Below, in pieces: positions 48,301 to 62,288 of a stretch of 64,000 nucleotides of DNA. The stretch lies in assembly GCA_038087875.1 (NCBI GenBank), contig JAXLNO010000446.1:744001-808000 (forward strand). The letters are read 5' to 3'. This DNA comes from Malacoraja senta (Eukaryota). Position numbers and translations under genes: made by a program. The first letter of the stretch is position 1, and each line of letters begins with the position of its first letter. The notes below the pieces were generated by a model. The model did not search any database. It was not told the origin of the DNA and was given only the letters and a program-made list of their open reading frames with translations.

Positions 48301-48847
48301 TAATGTTCATGTGATAGGAGCAGAATTAGGCCATTCGGCCCATCGAGTCTACTCTGTTATTCAATCATGGCTGATCAATCTTTCCCTCTCAACCCCATTC
48401 TCCTCCCTTCTCCCCATAATTTTCTTTTGTGCCATGCAAAACAACGCTGTTCAGTCTACCTTGCTACACATAATATTAAACTAAACCGAAACCTAATTAA
48501 CTTCACTGTCTCAGTGTTTTTTCAGACGGGGTTTAAATAACATTAATCATTATCTCGAATGTTGGGTCCTCTCTCCTAACCAAGGAGGAGATACTTCCAG
48601 CTAATTAAACAGTTTAAGCACAGTTATATATTTAAAAGAAGTATCTTTCATTCGAGAGAGTAATTTCCTCACAGGTTGTAATTTGCAAACGTTTCCATAA
48701 CACAAGAACAATACTTACCACACTCGAATATAGTAGTTATGTTTTGAAAATGCTTTGCAATGATAACTTCTGTGGAATCTCCTCGTCAGATTAAAATATA
48801 CTTTGTTTAAAAATATAATTGTGTTTAACCTGCTTTGTGAACACAAA

Positions 48848-49078
48848 TGAAGAAGGGACTCGACCCAAAAACTCAGCCATTCCTTCTCTCCAGAGATGCT
48901 GCCTGTCCCACTGAGTTACTCCAGCACTCTGTGAAACGTCACCTATCCATGTTCTCCACAGATGCTGCCTGTCCCACTGAGTTACTCCAGCACTCTGTGA
49001 AACGTCACCTATCCATGTTCTCCAAAGAAGCTGCCTGACCCGCTGACTTAATCCAGCACTCTGAAATGTCACCTATCC
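48848..49078 (+). repeat. PLE-terminus-derived 66-bp tandem array (about 3 units)
   Basis: gatgctgcctgtcccactgagttactccagcactctgtgaaacgtcacctatccatgttctccaca repeats. Confidence 0.85.
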
Positions 49079-49084
49079 AAGACT

Positions 49085-52000
49085 TTTGCCGAGACATTCG
49101 GATTCTTCCCGTTGCACGGGTTGCACTAGGATGGGTTGCACTGGAGCAAAAGCACGGGTTGCACTTGAACCCGAGGGGGACCAATATCCTGGCGGGGAGA
49201 TTTGTAAAGGCTACTGGGGAGACTTTAAACTAGAACGGTTGGGGGGAGGGACTCAAATAGAGAAAGCTAGTGAGGCAGGAGGCAGAGAAGGGAAGCACTC
49301 AGACCCAACATGTAGGGAAAAAGAAGAAAAAGATAATAAACAGAGAATAAGAGGTGGTGGGTTCCTTAAATGTGTGAGCAGAGAGACAGAGGGTTGTAAA
49401 ATGAGGGTAGAAGCAATCGGTAGCAAGGTGAAAAGTAAAAGTGGTAGGCAGACAAATCCAGGGCAAAAATCAAAAAGGGCCACTTTTCAACATAATTGTA
49501 TAAGGGGTAAGAGCGTTGTAAAAACTAGCCAGAAGGCTTTGTGTCTCAATGCAAGGAGCATTCGTAATAAGGTGGATGAGTTGAATGTGCAGATAGTTAT
49601 TAATGAATATGGTATAGTTGGGATCACGGAGACATGGCTCCAGGGTGACCAAGGCTGGGAGCTGAACATCCAGGGATATTCAATATTCAGGAGGGATAGA
49701 CAGAAAGGAAAAGGAGGTGGGATAGTGTTGCTGGTTAGAGAGGAGATTAACGCAATAGAAAGGAAGGACATTAGCTTGGAGGATGTGGAATCGATATGGG
49801 TAGAGCTGCGAAACACTAAGGGGCAGAAAACGTTAGTGGGTGTTGTGTACAGGCCACCTAACAGTAGTAGTGGAGTTGGGGATGGCATCAAATAGGAAAT
49901 GAGTAATGCGTGCAACAAAGGTAAAACAGTTATAATGGGTGACTTCAATCTACATATAGATTGGGTGAATCAAATTGGCAGGGGTGCTGAGGAAGAGGAT
50001 TTCTTGGAATGTATGCGGGATAGTTTTCTAAACCAACATGTAGAGGAACCAACGAGAGAGCAGGCTATTCTAGACTGGGTATTGAGTAATGAGGAATGGT
50101 TAGTTAGCAGTCTTGTTGTGCATGGCCCCTTGGGCAAGAGTGACCATAATATGGTTGAGTTCTCCATTAGGATGGAGAGTGACATAATTAATTCAGAAAC
50201 AAGGGTTCTGAACTTAAAGAAAGGTAACTTTGAGGGTATGAGATGTGAATTGGCCAAGATTGACTGGCAATTGATTCTTAAAGGGTTGACGGTGGATATG
50301 CATTGGAAGGCATTTAAAGACTGCATGGATGAACTACAAAAATTGTTCATCCCAGTTTGGCAAAAGAATAAATCGGGGAAGGTAGTGCATCCGTGGATAA
50401 CAAGGGAAATCAGGGATAGTATCAAAACAAAAGATGAAGCATACAAATTAGCCAGAAAAAGCAGCCTACCAGAGGACTGGGAGAAATTCAGTCCTGCAGA
50501 GGAGGACAAAGGGATTAATTAGGAAAGGGAAAATAGATTATGAAAGAAAATTGGCAGGGAACATAAAAACTGCCTGCAAAAGATTTTATAGATATGTGAA
50601 GAGAAAAAGATTAGTTAAAACAAATGTAGGTCCCTTGCAGTCAGAAACATGTGAATTGATCATGGGGAACAAGGACATGGCAGACCAATTGAATAACTAC
50701 TTTTGTTCTGTCTTCACTAAGGAAGACATAAATAATCTGCCGGAAATAGCAGGGGACCGGGGGTCAAATGAGATGGAACTGAGTGAAATCCAGGTTAGCC
50801 GGGAAAGGTGTTAGGTAAATTGAATGGATTAAAGGCCGATAAATCCCCAGGTCCAGATAGCCTGCATCCCAGAGTACTTAAGGAAGTAGCCCCAGAAATA
50901 GTGGATGCATTAGTAATAATTTTTCAAAACTCTTTAGATTCTGGAGTAGTTCCTGAGGATTGGACGGTAGCTAATGTAACCCCACTTTAGGGAGAGAGAA
51001 AACGAGGAATTACAGACCAGTTAGTCTAACATCGGTAGTGGGGAAACTGCTAGAGTCAATTATTAAAGATGGAATAGCAGCACATTTGGAAAGCGGTGAA
51101 ATCATTGGACAAAGTCAGCATGGATTTATGAAAGGTAAATCATGTCTGACGAATCTTATTGAATTTTTCGAGGATGTAACTAGTAGAGTGGATAAGGGAG
51201 AACCAGTGGATGTGTTATATCTGGACTTTCAGAAGGCTTTCGACAAGGTCCCACATAAGAGATTAGTATGCAAACTTAAAGCACACGGTATTGGGGGTTC
51301 AGTATTGATGTGGATAGATAACTGGCTGGCAGACAGGAAGCAAAGAGCAGGAGTAAACGGATCCATTTCAGAATGGCAGGCAGAGACTAGTGGGGTACCG
51401 CAAGGCTCGGTGCTGGGACCCGAGCTATTTACAATATATATTAATGATTTGGAGGAGGGAATTGAATGCAACATCTCCAAGTTTGCGGATGACACACAGC
51501 TGGGGCACAGTGTTAGCTGTGAGGAGGATGCTAGGAGGCTGCAAGGTGACTTGGATAGGTTGGGTGAGTGGGCAAATGCATGGCAGATGCAGTATAATGT
51601 GGATAAATGTGAGGTTATCCACTTTAGTGGCAAAAACAGGAAAGTAGACTATTATCTGAATGGTGGCCGATTAGGAAAGGGGAGATGCAACGAGACCTGG
51701 GTGTCATGGTACACCAGTCACTGAAAGTAGGCATGCAGGTACAGCAGGCAGTGAAGAAAGCGAATGGTATTTTAGCATTCATAGCAAAAGGATTTGAGTA
51801 TAGGAGCAGGGAGGTTCTACTGCAGTTGTACAGGGTCTTGGTGAGACCACACCTTGAGTATTGCGTACAGTTTTGGTCTCCTAATCTGAGAAAAGACATT
51901 CTTGCCATAGAGGGAGTATAGAGAAGGTTCACCAGACTGATTCCGGGGATGTCAGGAGTTTCATATGAAGAAAGACTGGATAGACTCGGCTTGTACTCGC

Positions 52001-52412
52001 TAGAATTTAGAAGATTGAGGGGGGATTTTATAGAAACTTACAAAATTCTTAAGGGGTTGGACAGGCTAGATGCAGGAAGATTATTCTCGATGTTGTGGAA
52101 GTCCAGAACAAGGGGTCACAGTTTAAGGATAAGGGGGAAGTCTTTTAGGACCGAGATGAGAAAAGCATTTTTCACACAGAGAGTGGTGAATCTCTGGAAT
52201 TCTTTGCCACTGAAGGTAGTTGAGGCCAGTTCATTGGCTATATTTAAGAGGGAGTTGGATGTGGCCCTTGTGGCTAAAGGGATCAGGGTGTATGGAGAGA
52301 AGGCAGGTACGGGATACTGAGTTGGATGATCAGCCATGATCATATTGAATGGCGGTGCAGGCTCGAAGGGCCGAATGGCCTACTCCTGCACCTATTTTCT
52401 ATGTATCTATGT
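49085..52412 (+). mobile_element. CR1 LINE: ORF1 C-terminal remnant + complete but inactivated ORF2 + 3' UTR
   Basis: DGLH-like esterase remnant near 49129; consecutive ORFs 49086..52320 cover APE, RT (FADD) and the C-terminus, separated by stops and frameshifts. Confidence 0.95.
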
Positions 52413-52569
52413 CTGTTTCCCACACTCCAGTAATACAGGTTTGTCGGCTAATTGACGGCATAACTGAATCCTAGTGCGTGTAGGTTAGTGTGAATGAGCT
52501 GTGATTGCTGATCGGTGGGCCGAATGGCCTGTTTTATGCATAGTATCTCTAAAAAGGTTGAGTGAGAGG

Positions 52570-52780
52570 ATACGTTTCGGGTCGAGACCCTTCTTAAGAC
52601 TGATGTCTAGAAAAAGAAAGCAAGAGCGGAGACAGTAGGCTTTGTGGGAGAGCTGGGAAGGGGAGGGGAAGGAGGGAGAAAGCAAGGGTTATCTAAAATT
52701 GGAGGTCAATATTCATATTCTTTCTCTCCATAGATGCTGCCTCACCCGCTGAGTTTGTCCAGTATTTTTTGTCTTCCTGT
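52570..52780. mobile_element. Opposed PLE fragments; hammerhead core mutated (CUUAAGA)
   Basis: acgtttcgggtcgagacccttcttaagactga (- strand) and gatgctgcctcacccgctgagtt (+ strand). Confidence 0.65.
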
Positions 52781-53011
52781 AGTTGAGCGATCTCACCACT
52801 GGATGGCAGGAGGTGTACAATCACAGGGTACAGGGATCAATAAATCTCGATGCATCAATGCATTGTCTGTGATGAGACCATAACGTATGTTTGAACGAAA
52901 GAAAAATATGCGGTTAAATCCGTAACCTTTAGCAATCTACTGGGGTGAGATTTAAATTTTACCTAATTCCTCTCTGCGTTAATCAAATAAAGATTTGAAT
53001 CCATCTGTGCT

Positions 53012-53095
53012 GGGCACGGTGGCGCAGTGGTAGAGTAGCTGCCTCACAGCGCCGGAGACCAGGGTTCAATCCTGGTGTGTGTGTGTGTGTGTGTG

Positions 53096-53169
<74 letters not shown>

Positions 53170-53250
53170 GTGTGTGTGTGTGTGTGGTTTGTATGTTCTC
53201 CCTGTGACCCGCGTGGGTTTTCTCCGGGTGCTCCTGTTTCCTTCCGCATC
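53012..53250 (+). mobile_element. HE1-like V-SINE head with (TG)n expansion (about 53075-53186)
   Basis: A and B boxes, then about 110 bp of TG repeat, then V-core. Confidence 0.85.
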
Positions 53251-53311
53251 CCACAACGTACAAGCTCCGTTCAGGCAGCATGGGTCTCTGGCGCTGTGAG
53301 GCAGCAACTCT

Positions 53312-53660
53312 GATTGTTAAGGGTTTGGACACGCTAGAGGCAGGAAACATGTTCCCGATGTTGGGGGAGTCCAGAACCAGGGGCCACAGTTTAAGAATAA
53401 GGGGTAAGCCATTTAGAACGGAGACGAGGAAACGCTTTTTCACACAGAGAGTTGTGAGTCTGTGGAATTCTCTGCCTCAGAGGGCGGTGGAGGCAGGTTC
53501 TCTGGATACTTTCAAGAGAGAGCTAGATAGGGCTCTTAAAAATAGCGGAGTCAGGGGATATGGGGAGAAGGCAGGAACGGGGCACTGATTGGGGATGATC
53601 AGCCATGATCACATTGAATGGCGGTGCTGGCTCGAAGGGCCAAATGGCCTGCTCCTGCAC
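53312..53660 (+). mobile_element. CR1 3' end
   Basis: ORF 53280..53588. Confidence 0.9.
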
Positions 53661-54144
53661 TGTTTATTTTTACTCTCGTGTGTAAAGTTTGCATCATTTC
53701 ATGAGCAGAAGAGGTGTTTGCTGTTCAGTGTTTCCGCACAGTTGATGGGAAACAGCTGATTAGTGAAGGGAGCTGTACACCCTTCGTTGCTGCTCCTATT
53801 ACCCTTAATTTGCACGTCAGTTTAAAGAGCTCTTGCCAAAATATAAATATAAGTCATGCCCACAGAAAAACTTTAATTTATGCATTTATTAATTAATGCT
53901 TGAATCTAATTAGCATCAAAATTACAAGAGTAGAATACCCTGTGGCAAATGAAAGACAAGTTGGAAAGAGGACACGCTCTCTCATCTCTGTTCCCATCTT
54001 CGTTTACTTTAAATGTTGAAGCAGGATCGGGGGACTGAGTTTAGATGACCAGCCATAATTATATTGAATGGTGGCAGTGCTGGATCAAAGGGCCGAATGG
54101 CCTACGCCTGCACATATTTTTCTATTTTTCTTCTATGTTTCTAG

Positions 54145-54745
54145 TTTTAGACTGGAGAGATACAGCGTGGGAACAGGCCCTTCGGCCCATCGAGTCCATA
54201 CCGACCAACGATCCCCGTACACTGGCATTATCCTACACACGTTGTGGACATTTTTAAAAATTATACCAAGCCAAACCTACAAACCTGGACGTCTTTGGAG
54301 TGTGGGAGGAAACCAAAACACCCGGGGAAAACCCACGCAGTCACGGGGAGAACGTATAAACTCCGTACATAGAAACATAGAAACATAGAAATTAGGTGCA
54401 GGAGTAGGCCATTCGGCCCTTCGAGCCTGCATCGCCATTCAATATGATCATGGCTGATCATCCAACTCAGTATCCCGTACCTGCCTTCTCTCCATACCCT
54501 CTGATCCCTTCTTTAGCCACAAGGGCCACATCTAACTCCCTCTTAAATATAGCCAATGAACTGGCCTCGACTACCCTCTGTGGCAGAGAGTTCCAGAGAT
54601 TCACCACTCTCTGTGTGAAAAAAGTTCTTCTCATCTCGGTTTTAAAGGATTTCCCCCTTATCCCCCTTACAGACAGCACCCGTAGTCAGGATTGAACCCG
54701 GGTCTCTGGCGCTGTGAGGCAGCAACTCTACTGCTGCGCCATTGT
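54145..54745 (-). mobile_element. HE1-like V-SINE split by a young CR1 3' end (-, about 54368-54665)
   Basis: ctccgtaca|...|tacagacagcacccg rejoins; ORF 54467..54679. Confidence 0.85.
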
Positions 54746-54994
54746 GTATGTTTCTGACTAATGTCAAAATATAAATATTTCTATATGAGTTTTTTTATCC
54801 TGAATGTGTCTTATCTTTCGACACGCGAATTGTTGCATCTATTTTTATTGTTTTTTTCCAAAAACATAACCATTCATGAAATATTAATTCATACAATCTG
54901 GGTGATGGTACTATCTTAATTCACAGTACATCATAGATCATGATATTAATTTGCGATATTTACCACGTGTCAATGTGCCATTTGTTTTTCATAG

Positions 54995-56465
54995 CCATAG
55001 AGCAGGGAATGGGCCATTCAGCCCATCCGGTCCATGCCGACCCAGTTGGCATACTGGGTTAGTCCAATTTCCTTGCCTTTGGCCCACAACCCTCTTCCTA
55101 TTCGTATATCTGTCCAAACGGCTTTAAGGTCATAATTGTATCCACTTCTACAGCTTCATCTAGCAGATCGTTCCACATAAGGACTACCCTCTGAATGAAA
55201 AGGTTGCCCCTGAGGTCCCTCTTAAATCTCCCTCCTCTCACCTTAAGCCTGTGTCCTCTATGTTTAGATTCCTCTACCCTGGGATAAAGACTGTGAGGGT
55301 TCTCTTTATCCATGCTCCTCATGGTCTTACCGAAGGGCCTGGTACCACATTGTATCTCTAAAGCTAAACTAAAGTATAGGGTAGTTAGGAACTGTTATGA
55401 GTGGCAGAAGGGCAGAAAGCAAATACCTTAAATGCCTCACAGCGTCTGAGACCCAGGTTCGATCCTGACTACGGGTGCTGTCTGTACAGAGTTTGCACGT
55501 TCTCCCTGTGACCGTGTGAGTTTTCTCTGGCTGCTCCGCTTTCCTCCCGCACTCCGCCAACAAAGGGTAGAGGAGCAGGAATCACAGAGAGGGAGTAGTG
55601 AGAGTTGAAGGTATGTCGACTTTGAAGACGTTCTTCCCCGCTGAGTTATTCAAACATGTTATATCTTTTAAACATTGGGATAGTCCCAGCCTCAACAACC
55701 TCCTCTGGCAGCTCGTTCCATACACCCACCACCATGAGTGAAAAAGTTGCCCCTCAGATTCCCATTAAATCTTTACCCCTTCACCTTAAACCTATGTCCT
55801 CTGGTCCACAATTCCCCTACTCTGGGCAAGAGACTCTGTGCGTCTACCCGATCTATTCCTCTCATGATTTTATACACCTCTATAAGATCACCCCTCATCC
55901 TCCTGCACTCCAAGGAATAAGGTCCTAGGCTGCTCAACCTCTCCCTATTGCTCAGACCCTCTAGTCCTGCAACATCAATGTAAATCTTCTCTGTACCCTT
56001 TCTGGCTTGACAACATCTTTCCTATAACAGAACTGCACCTTTACCCTTACAATCAGCCTCTGATACGATTTCATTCTGTGATGCTGTGATATTACTATTA
56101 ACATTTAAAAGACACTTGCACTGGTATGTGGATTGATCTTAAGATCATAAGATCATATGTGATAGGAGCAGAATTAGGCCATTCGGCCCATCAAGTCTAT
56201 TCCGTTATTCCATCATGGCTGATCTATCTGTCCCTCCTAACCCCATTCTCCTGCCTTCTCCCCATAACCTCTGATACCTGCACTAATCTAGAATTTATCT
56301 ATCTCTGCCTTAAATATATCCACTGACTTGGCCTCCACAGCCTTCTGTGGCAAAGAATTCCACAGATTCACCACCCTCTGACTAAAGCAATTCCTCCTCA
56401 TTTCCTTCCTAAAAGAATGTCCTTTAATTCTGAGGCTGTGCCCTCTGGTCCTAGACTCTCCCAGG
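54995..56465 (-). mobile_element. Cluster of old CR1 3' fragments (54995-55325, 55660-56040, 56140-56462) with a SINE piece (+, 55433-55555)
   Basis: ORFs 55098..55322 and 56288..56542 with RGH..K and QRVV motifs. Confidence 0.7.
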
Positions 56466-57104
56466 AAAGGTGTAGAGGGATATGGGCCAATTGTGAGCAG
56501 GTGGGCCTGGCTTAGATGGGGCATCTCGGCCGGCATGGACAAGTGGTGCTATATAACTCCATGTGTGATACCATGAATCCTTGACTCAAGGCCAATAACA
56601 TTTCCATTGGACAGGGTAAGGAAGAGAGAACACCAGCTGTCAAATGTAAAGGTGAACCACATTAATCTTTAGGAAATAATGCTTTACTTTGTACAGCAAT
56701 TCCCAATCACCCTAATTATGCTTCAAGGCTAAAAATGTTCACACATTTCGAAACTCAGTTTCAGAACACAAGTTATGGGACTAATGAGTTTCTGCCTGTG
56801 TGTCGGCGTTACTTTCTCAAGTTCATGTCCAGATATATATTACGCCAACAACTAATGCAAACATGACATCAGATTAAAATCATTAAGGTTCTTTCTCTGT
56901 GGAAGGCAGTAGATTTGGCTCTAATTTCATCTGCTTTCTCCACAATACTCCTTGCATTGAAATAAACACATTTCAGCCCATCAGCACCACCATATTGCTT
57001 CACGCTGCCTCGGCAAGGCCAGCAGCAGAATCAAGGACCAGTCTCATCCTGGTCACTCCCTCTTCTCCCCTCTCCCATCAGGCAAGAGGTACAGAGGTGT
57101 GAAA

Positions 57105-57605
57105 ATTAGTTTAGTTTAGTTTAGATACAGCACGGAAAAAGGCACTTCGGCCCACCGAGTCCGCACCCACCAGTGATCCCCACACACTAACACTATCCCA
57201 CACACACTAGGGACAATTTTTCATTATACCAAGCCAATTAACCTACAAACCTTTTTCCCTTTGGAATGTGGGAGGAAATCGAAGATCTCAGAGAAAACCC
57301 GCGCAGGTTACAGGGAGAACGTACAAACTCTGTACAGACAGCACCTGGAGTTAGGATTGAACCCGGGTCTCTGGCGCTGTAAGATTGAGTTTGTCTTCCA
57401 AGAGAAAGTTAGGTTTAGCTCTTAGGGCTAAAGGAATCAATGGATATGGGGAGAAGGCAGGAACGGGGTACTGATTTTGGATGATCAGCCACGATCATAT
57501 TGAATGGCGGTGCTGGCTCGAAGGGCCGAATGGCCTACTCCTCCACCTATTTTTCTATGATTCTATGTAAGGCAGCAATTCTACCGTTGTGCCACTGTGC
57601 CGCCC
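57105..57605 (-). mobile_element. HE1-like V-SINE split by a CR1 3' end (+, about 57385-57565)
   Basis: tgtaag is duplicated on either side of the CR1. Confidence 0.8.
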
Positions 57606-57781
57606 TTAACACGGCTCACCAATGTAGTAGTATACTGTATATATTTTACATATTTTATTTCGAACATGTAAAACAAAAAAAAGTTAAAAACAAAGCAAAA
57701 TAACAATAAAATGAAATGAACAATAAACCTACACACAACTCATTGAATAACGTCTCATAAACATCACAAATTAAACCTTAC

Positions 57782-58683
57782 AGCTGTGAGGAGGATGCTA
57801 GGAGGCTGCAAGGTGACTTGGATAGGCTGGGTGAGTGGGCAAATGCATGGCAGATGCAGTATAATGTGGATAAATGTGAGGTTATCCACTTTGGTGGCAA
57901 AAACAGGAAAGTAGACTATTATCTAAATGGTGGCCGATTAGGAAAAGGGGAGATGCAGCGAGACCTGGGTGTCATGGTACACCAGTCATTGAAAGTAGGA
58001 ATGCAGGTGCAGCAGGCAGTGAAGAAAGCAAATGGTATGTTGGCATTCATAGCGAAAGGATTTGAGTATAGGAGCAGGGAGATTCTACTGTAGTTGTACA
58101 GGGTCTTGGTGAGACCACACATGGAGTATTGCATACAGTTTTGGTCTCCAAATCTGAGGAAATACATTCTTGCCATAGAGGGAGTACACAGAAGGTTCAC
58201 CAGATTGATTCCTGGGATGTCAGGACTTTCATATGAAGAAAGACTGGATAGACTCGGCTTGTACTCGCTAGAATTTAGAAGATTGAGGGGGGATCTTAGA
58301 GAAACTTATAAAATTCTTAAGGGGTTGGACAGGCTAGATGCAGGAAGATTGTTCCCGATGTTGGGGAAGTCCAGGACAAGGGGTCACAGTTTAAGGATTA
58401 AGGGGAAATCCTTTAGGACCGAGATGAGAAAAACATTTTTCACACAGAGAGTGGTGAATCTCTGGAACTCTCTGCCACAGAAGGTAGTTGAGGCCAGTTC
58501 ATTGGCTATATTTAAGAGGGAGTTAGATGTGGCCCTTGTGGCTAAAGGGATCAGGGGGTATGGAGAGAAGGCAGGTACAGGATACTGAGTTGGATGATCA
58601 GCCATGATCATATTGAATGGCGGTGCAGGCTCGAAGGGCCGGATGGCCTACTCCTGCACCTATTGTCTATTGTCTATTGTCTA
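57782..58683 (+). mobile_element. CR1 3' 900 bp (one stop)
   Basis: ORFs 57818..58093 and 58094..58588; ctattgt tail. Confidence 0.93.
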
Positions 58684-58804
58684 CATGTTCCAAAAGGAGT
58701 AGGAGGAAGTATACACTTATTTATTCCTACCCCTTCTCCTCTACTCCTCTACTGGCTCGAGGGGCCGAATGGCCTACTCCTGCACCTATTGTCTATTGTC
58801 TAAT

Positions 58805-58860
58805 TCACAAACTTTATCTCACCTACATAAATATATATATATACACACATAACAAACATA

Positions 58861-58893
<33 letters not shown>

Positions 58894-59700
58894 CCATACA
58901 TAAGCCACATACATACATACATACACGCATATATGCACACACACAAACATACATATATAAAGTTTATAAACAATTATCCAAATTCTATGTACAAGGCAAA
59001 TATCACACTGTCAATAAACTAAAACGTAACAGTCATCACAGCCCTTCCTCATTCTTTTACCTCTGGAAAATAATTTGTTTGCACTTCTCCTTAAACTGAG
59101 TAATGTTTGTGCTTGGCTTGAGTTCCACATCCAAATCATTCCCCAATTCCACCCCACAGATTGAAATTCACATACTCTCCATATGAACACAAAGTCTCTT
59201 TACATTAAACTTTCCTCTCAAATTATAACCATCCTCCCTGTTAAAGAACATCTTATGTATATTTTTTTGGTAGTATATTATTTCTTGCTTTATACATTAT
59301 TTGTGCTGTATTAATTTCTACTCGATCCATAAACTTCAAGGCATTTGACTTGAGAGACAGAGAGTTGGTGTGTTGACGAAATCCTACATTATTAACTATC
59401 CTTATGGCCCTTTGTTGCAGTTTGCATAATGGATGTGGGATGCTTTTGTAAGTGTTACCCCGTACCTCCACACAGTAATTTAGATATGGCAGCACAAGTG
59501 AACATTGCACAATGTACAGCACTTTGTGATTCAGAATGTGCCTTGTTCTTCCCAGGACTGTGCCGCTCCTTGCTAGCTTTGCTCGCACATGTTCTATATG
59601 AGGTTTCCAGCAGATTTTGTGGTTTAATATCACACCTAGAAATGTATTTTCATATACTCTTTCTATATCACGCCATCTATCCTCTTATGTAATGTCTTAT
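58805..59700 (-). mobile_element. L2/Crack-like LINE 3' part with AC-rich 3' UTR
   Basis: ORF 59253..59633 WKPHIEHV...SLVLPYLNYCVEV...LQQRAIRIV...QIMYK. Confidence 0.7.
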
Positions 59701-59721
59701 ATAACTGCAACAAACTCTTTG

Positions 59722-60015
59722 AATCACTTCCCTCTGGAAGGTGACTCCGGACTGTCAAAGCTGCCACAGCCAGGCTTTAAAACAGCTTTTTTTCCTCGAC
59801 TCTACTCAATAACCAAAAATCTGTAGCATCCTTTTGCTCTGGTATTTTATTTAATTGACATGTTTAATTGATAATATTTTATTATTAATGTTTAATGTTT
59901 TATGTGTCATTCCGAACTGTCACTGTATGTCATGTTGTCACTTGCGGGCGGAGCACCAAGGCAAATTCCTTGTATGTGAATACTTGGCCAATAATCTTAT
60001 TCATTCATTCATTCA
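59722..60015 (+). mobile_element. Rex/Babar-type 3' end with (ttca)n tail
   Basis: Shares gcaccaaggcaaattccttgtatgtgaatactt with 20997-21170 and 62001-62061. Confidence 0.65.
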
Positions 60016-60755
60016 TAGATACATAGATACATAAAAAATAGGTGCAGGAGTAGGCCATTCGGCCCATCGAGCCTGCACCGCCATTCAATATGATCATGGC
60101 TGATCATCCAACTCAGTATCCCGTACCTGCCTTCTCTCCATACCCCCTGATCCCTTTAGCCACAAGGGCCACATCTAACTCCCTCTTAAATATAGCCAAT
60201 GAACTGGCCTCAACTACCCTCTGTGGCAGAGCGTTCCAGAGATTCACCACTCTCTGTGTGAAAAAGTTTTTCCTCATCTCGGTCTTAAAGGATTTCCCCC
60301 TTATCCTTAAGCTGGATATGACCTAACATCTTCTATACTCAATACATCGACTGATGAAGGCCAATGTGCCCACAGCCATTTTGACCACCTTATCTACCTG
60401 TGTTGCCACTTGCAATGAACTATGTACCTATACTCCTAGATCCCTCTGCTCTACAACACTACCCAGAGGCCGACCATTCACTGTGTAGGTCCTGCCCTTG
60501 TTAGTCTTCCCAAAATGCAACACCTCACACGTCTCTGTATTAAATTCCATCAACCATTCCTCCGCCCACCTGGCCAATCGATCCAGATCCTGCAATTTTT
60601 CACCACCATCTTCACTATCTGCAAAACCACACACTTTTGTATCATCAGCAAACTTGCTAATCTTGCCCTGTATGTTCTCATCCAAATCATTGATGGAGAT
60701 GACAAACAGTAGCGGGCCCAGCACCGAACCCTGAGGCACACCACTAGTCACAGGT
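60016..60755 (-). mobile_element. Young CR1 3' end (60016-60313) abutting an older CR1 RT fragment (60320-60755)
   Basis: ORF 60428..60766 [13 protein letters not shown]...KFADDTK...RDLGV. Confidence 0.88.
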
Positions 60756-61178
60756 AGCTGATACATGATCTTAAATATGACACTTCCTCAATTACTCAGG
60801 CATAACCATGTTAATTAGTTCCTATTCAGAGGCATTTCTTGTGCATCAAAATACGTGGCAGATTTATTATCAATCATATGATGAATAGAAATTTCTTGCT
60901 CTGAGTGTGACTTGACTGGAGAGGAAAAAGTGTGGAAAATAGCTACATTACTTGTTTTTCTCAAGCCAATCTCGTAATTAATGGCTGACCTGACACTTTA
61001 ATCATGGGTCAGTGATTCATTAAAGGTTCTGCATAATTCAGTACAAAATGAACAAAGTTGCAGTAATCATACTAAAAGCAAGATCTTCTCATGCACTTGT
61101 ATATCATCTCTTCCGCCCCGTAAATGTACTTGCTCGATCCCCACATGGAGACGGCAAATCTGCACTGCCCAAGGGAAT

Positions 61179-61770
61179 TAGTCTGGTCTGGTCTAATCTA
61201 GAGTCTAGTCCAGTCTGGTCTAGTCCAGTCTGGTCGAATCTAGTCTAGTCTAGTCTAGTCTGGTCTAATCTAGTCTAGGCTAGTCTAGTCTAGTCTAATC
61301 TAGTCTGGTCTGGTGTAATCTAGACTAGTCTAGTCTAGTCTATAGTCTAGTCTAGTCTAGTCTGGTCTGGTCTGGTCTGGTCTGGTCTGGTCTAGTCTAG
61401 TCTGCTCTAGTCTATAGTCTAGTCTAGTCTAGTCTAGTCTATAGTCTAGTCTAGTCTATAGTCTAGTCTAGTCTAGTCTAGTCTGGTCTGGTCTGGTCTG
61501 GTCTAGTCTAGTCTGCTCTAGTCTATAGTCTAGTCTAGTCTAGTCTAGTCTATAGTCTAGTCTAGTCTATAGTCTAGTCTAGTCTGCTCTAGTCTACTCT
61601 GGTCTATAGTCTGGTCTAGTCTAGTCTCGTCTAGTCTGGTCTAGTCTAGTCTAGTCTGGTCTAGTCTAGTCTATAGTCTAGTCTGGTCTAATCTAGTGTG
61701 GTCTAGTCTGGTTTAGTCTAGTCTAGTCTGGTCTAGTCTAGTCTTACTCTTAGCCTTAGTCTAGTCTAAT
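61179..61770. repeat. (AGTCT)n/(GGTCT)n pentanucleotide microsatellite, about 590 bp
   Basis: Directly visible. Confidence 0.97.
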
Positions 61771-61914
61771 TTATTGTCACGTGATTTTTTTTCTATTACA
61801 AATCTCAAATTGTGGAGTACAGAGGCAAATAAATAAATGATGGGTCTTTGTCCCAAACATTATGGAGGGCACTGTACATTCTAAGCTGCTTGCCTAGTGA
61901 CCATAGATTCTTAC

Positions 61915-62288
61915 TCTAGTTTAGTTTAGTTTACTTCAGAGATATAGCATGGAAAAAGGCCGTTCGGCCCACCGAGTACGCTCCGACCAATAATCCCCAC
62001 GCACCAAGGCAACTTCCTTGTATGTGAATACTTGGCCAATAAACTTACTTACTTACTTACTGACAATATGCTACACACACTAGGGACAATTTACAATTAC
62101 ACCAAGCCAATTAACCTGCAAACATGTACATCTTTAGAGTGTGGGAGAAAACTGGAGCACTCGGAGAAAACCCACGTGGTCACGGGGAGAATGTACCAAC
62201 TCCGTACAGACAGCACCCGTAGTCAGGATGGAACCCGGGTCTCTACCGCTGTGAGGCAGCAACTCTACCGCTGCGCCACCGTGCCGCT
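61915..62288 (-). mobile_element. HE1-like V-SINE with a short Rex-type tail insertion (62001-62061)
   Basis: Reverse tail, core and tRNA head. Confidence 0.85.

Noticed and set aside
52983..53443. His/Thr and Cys/Val repeat ORFs
   Set aside because: Translations of a (TG)n microsatellite.
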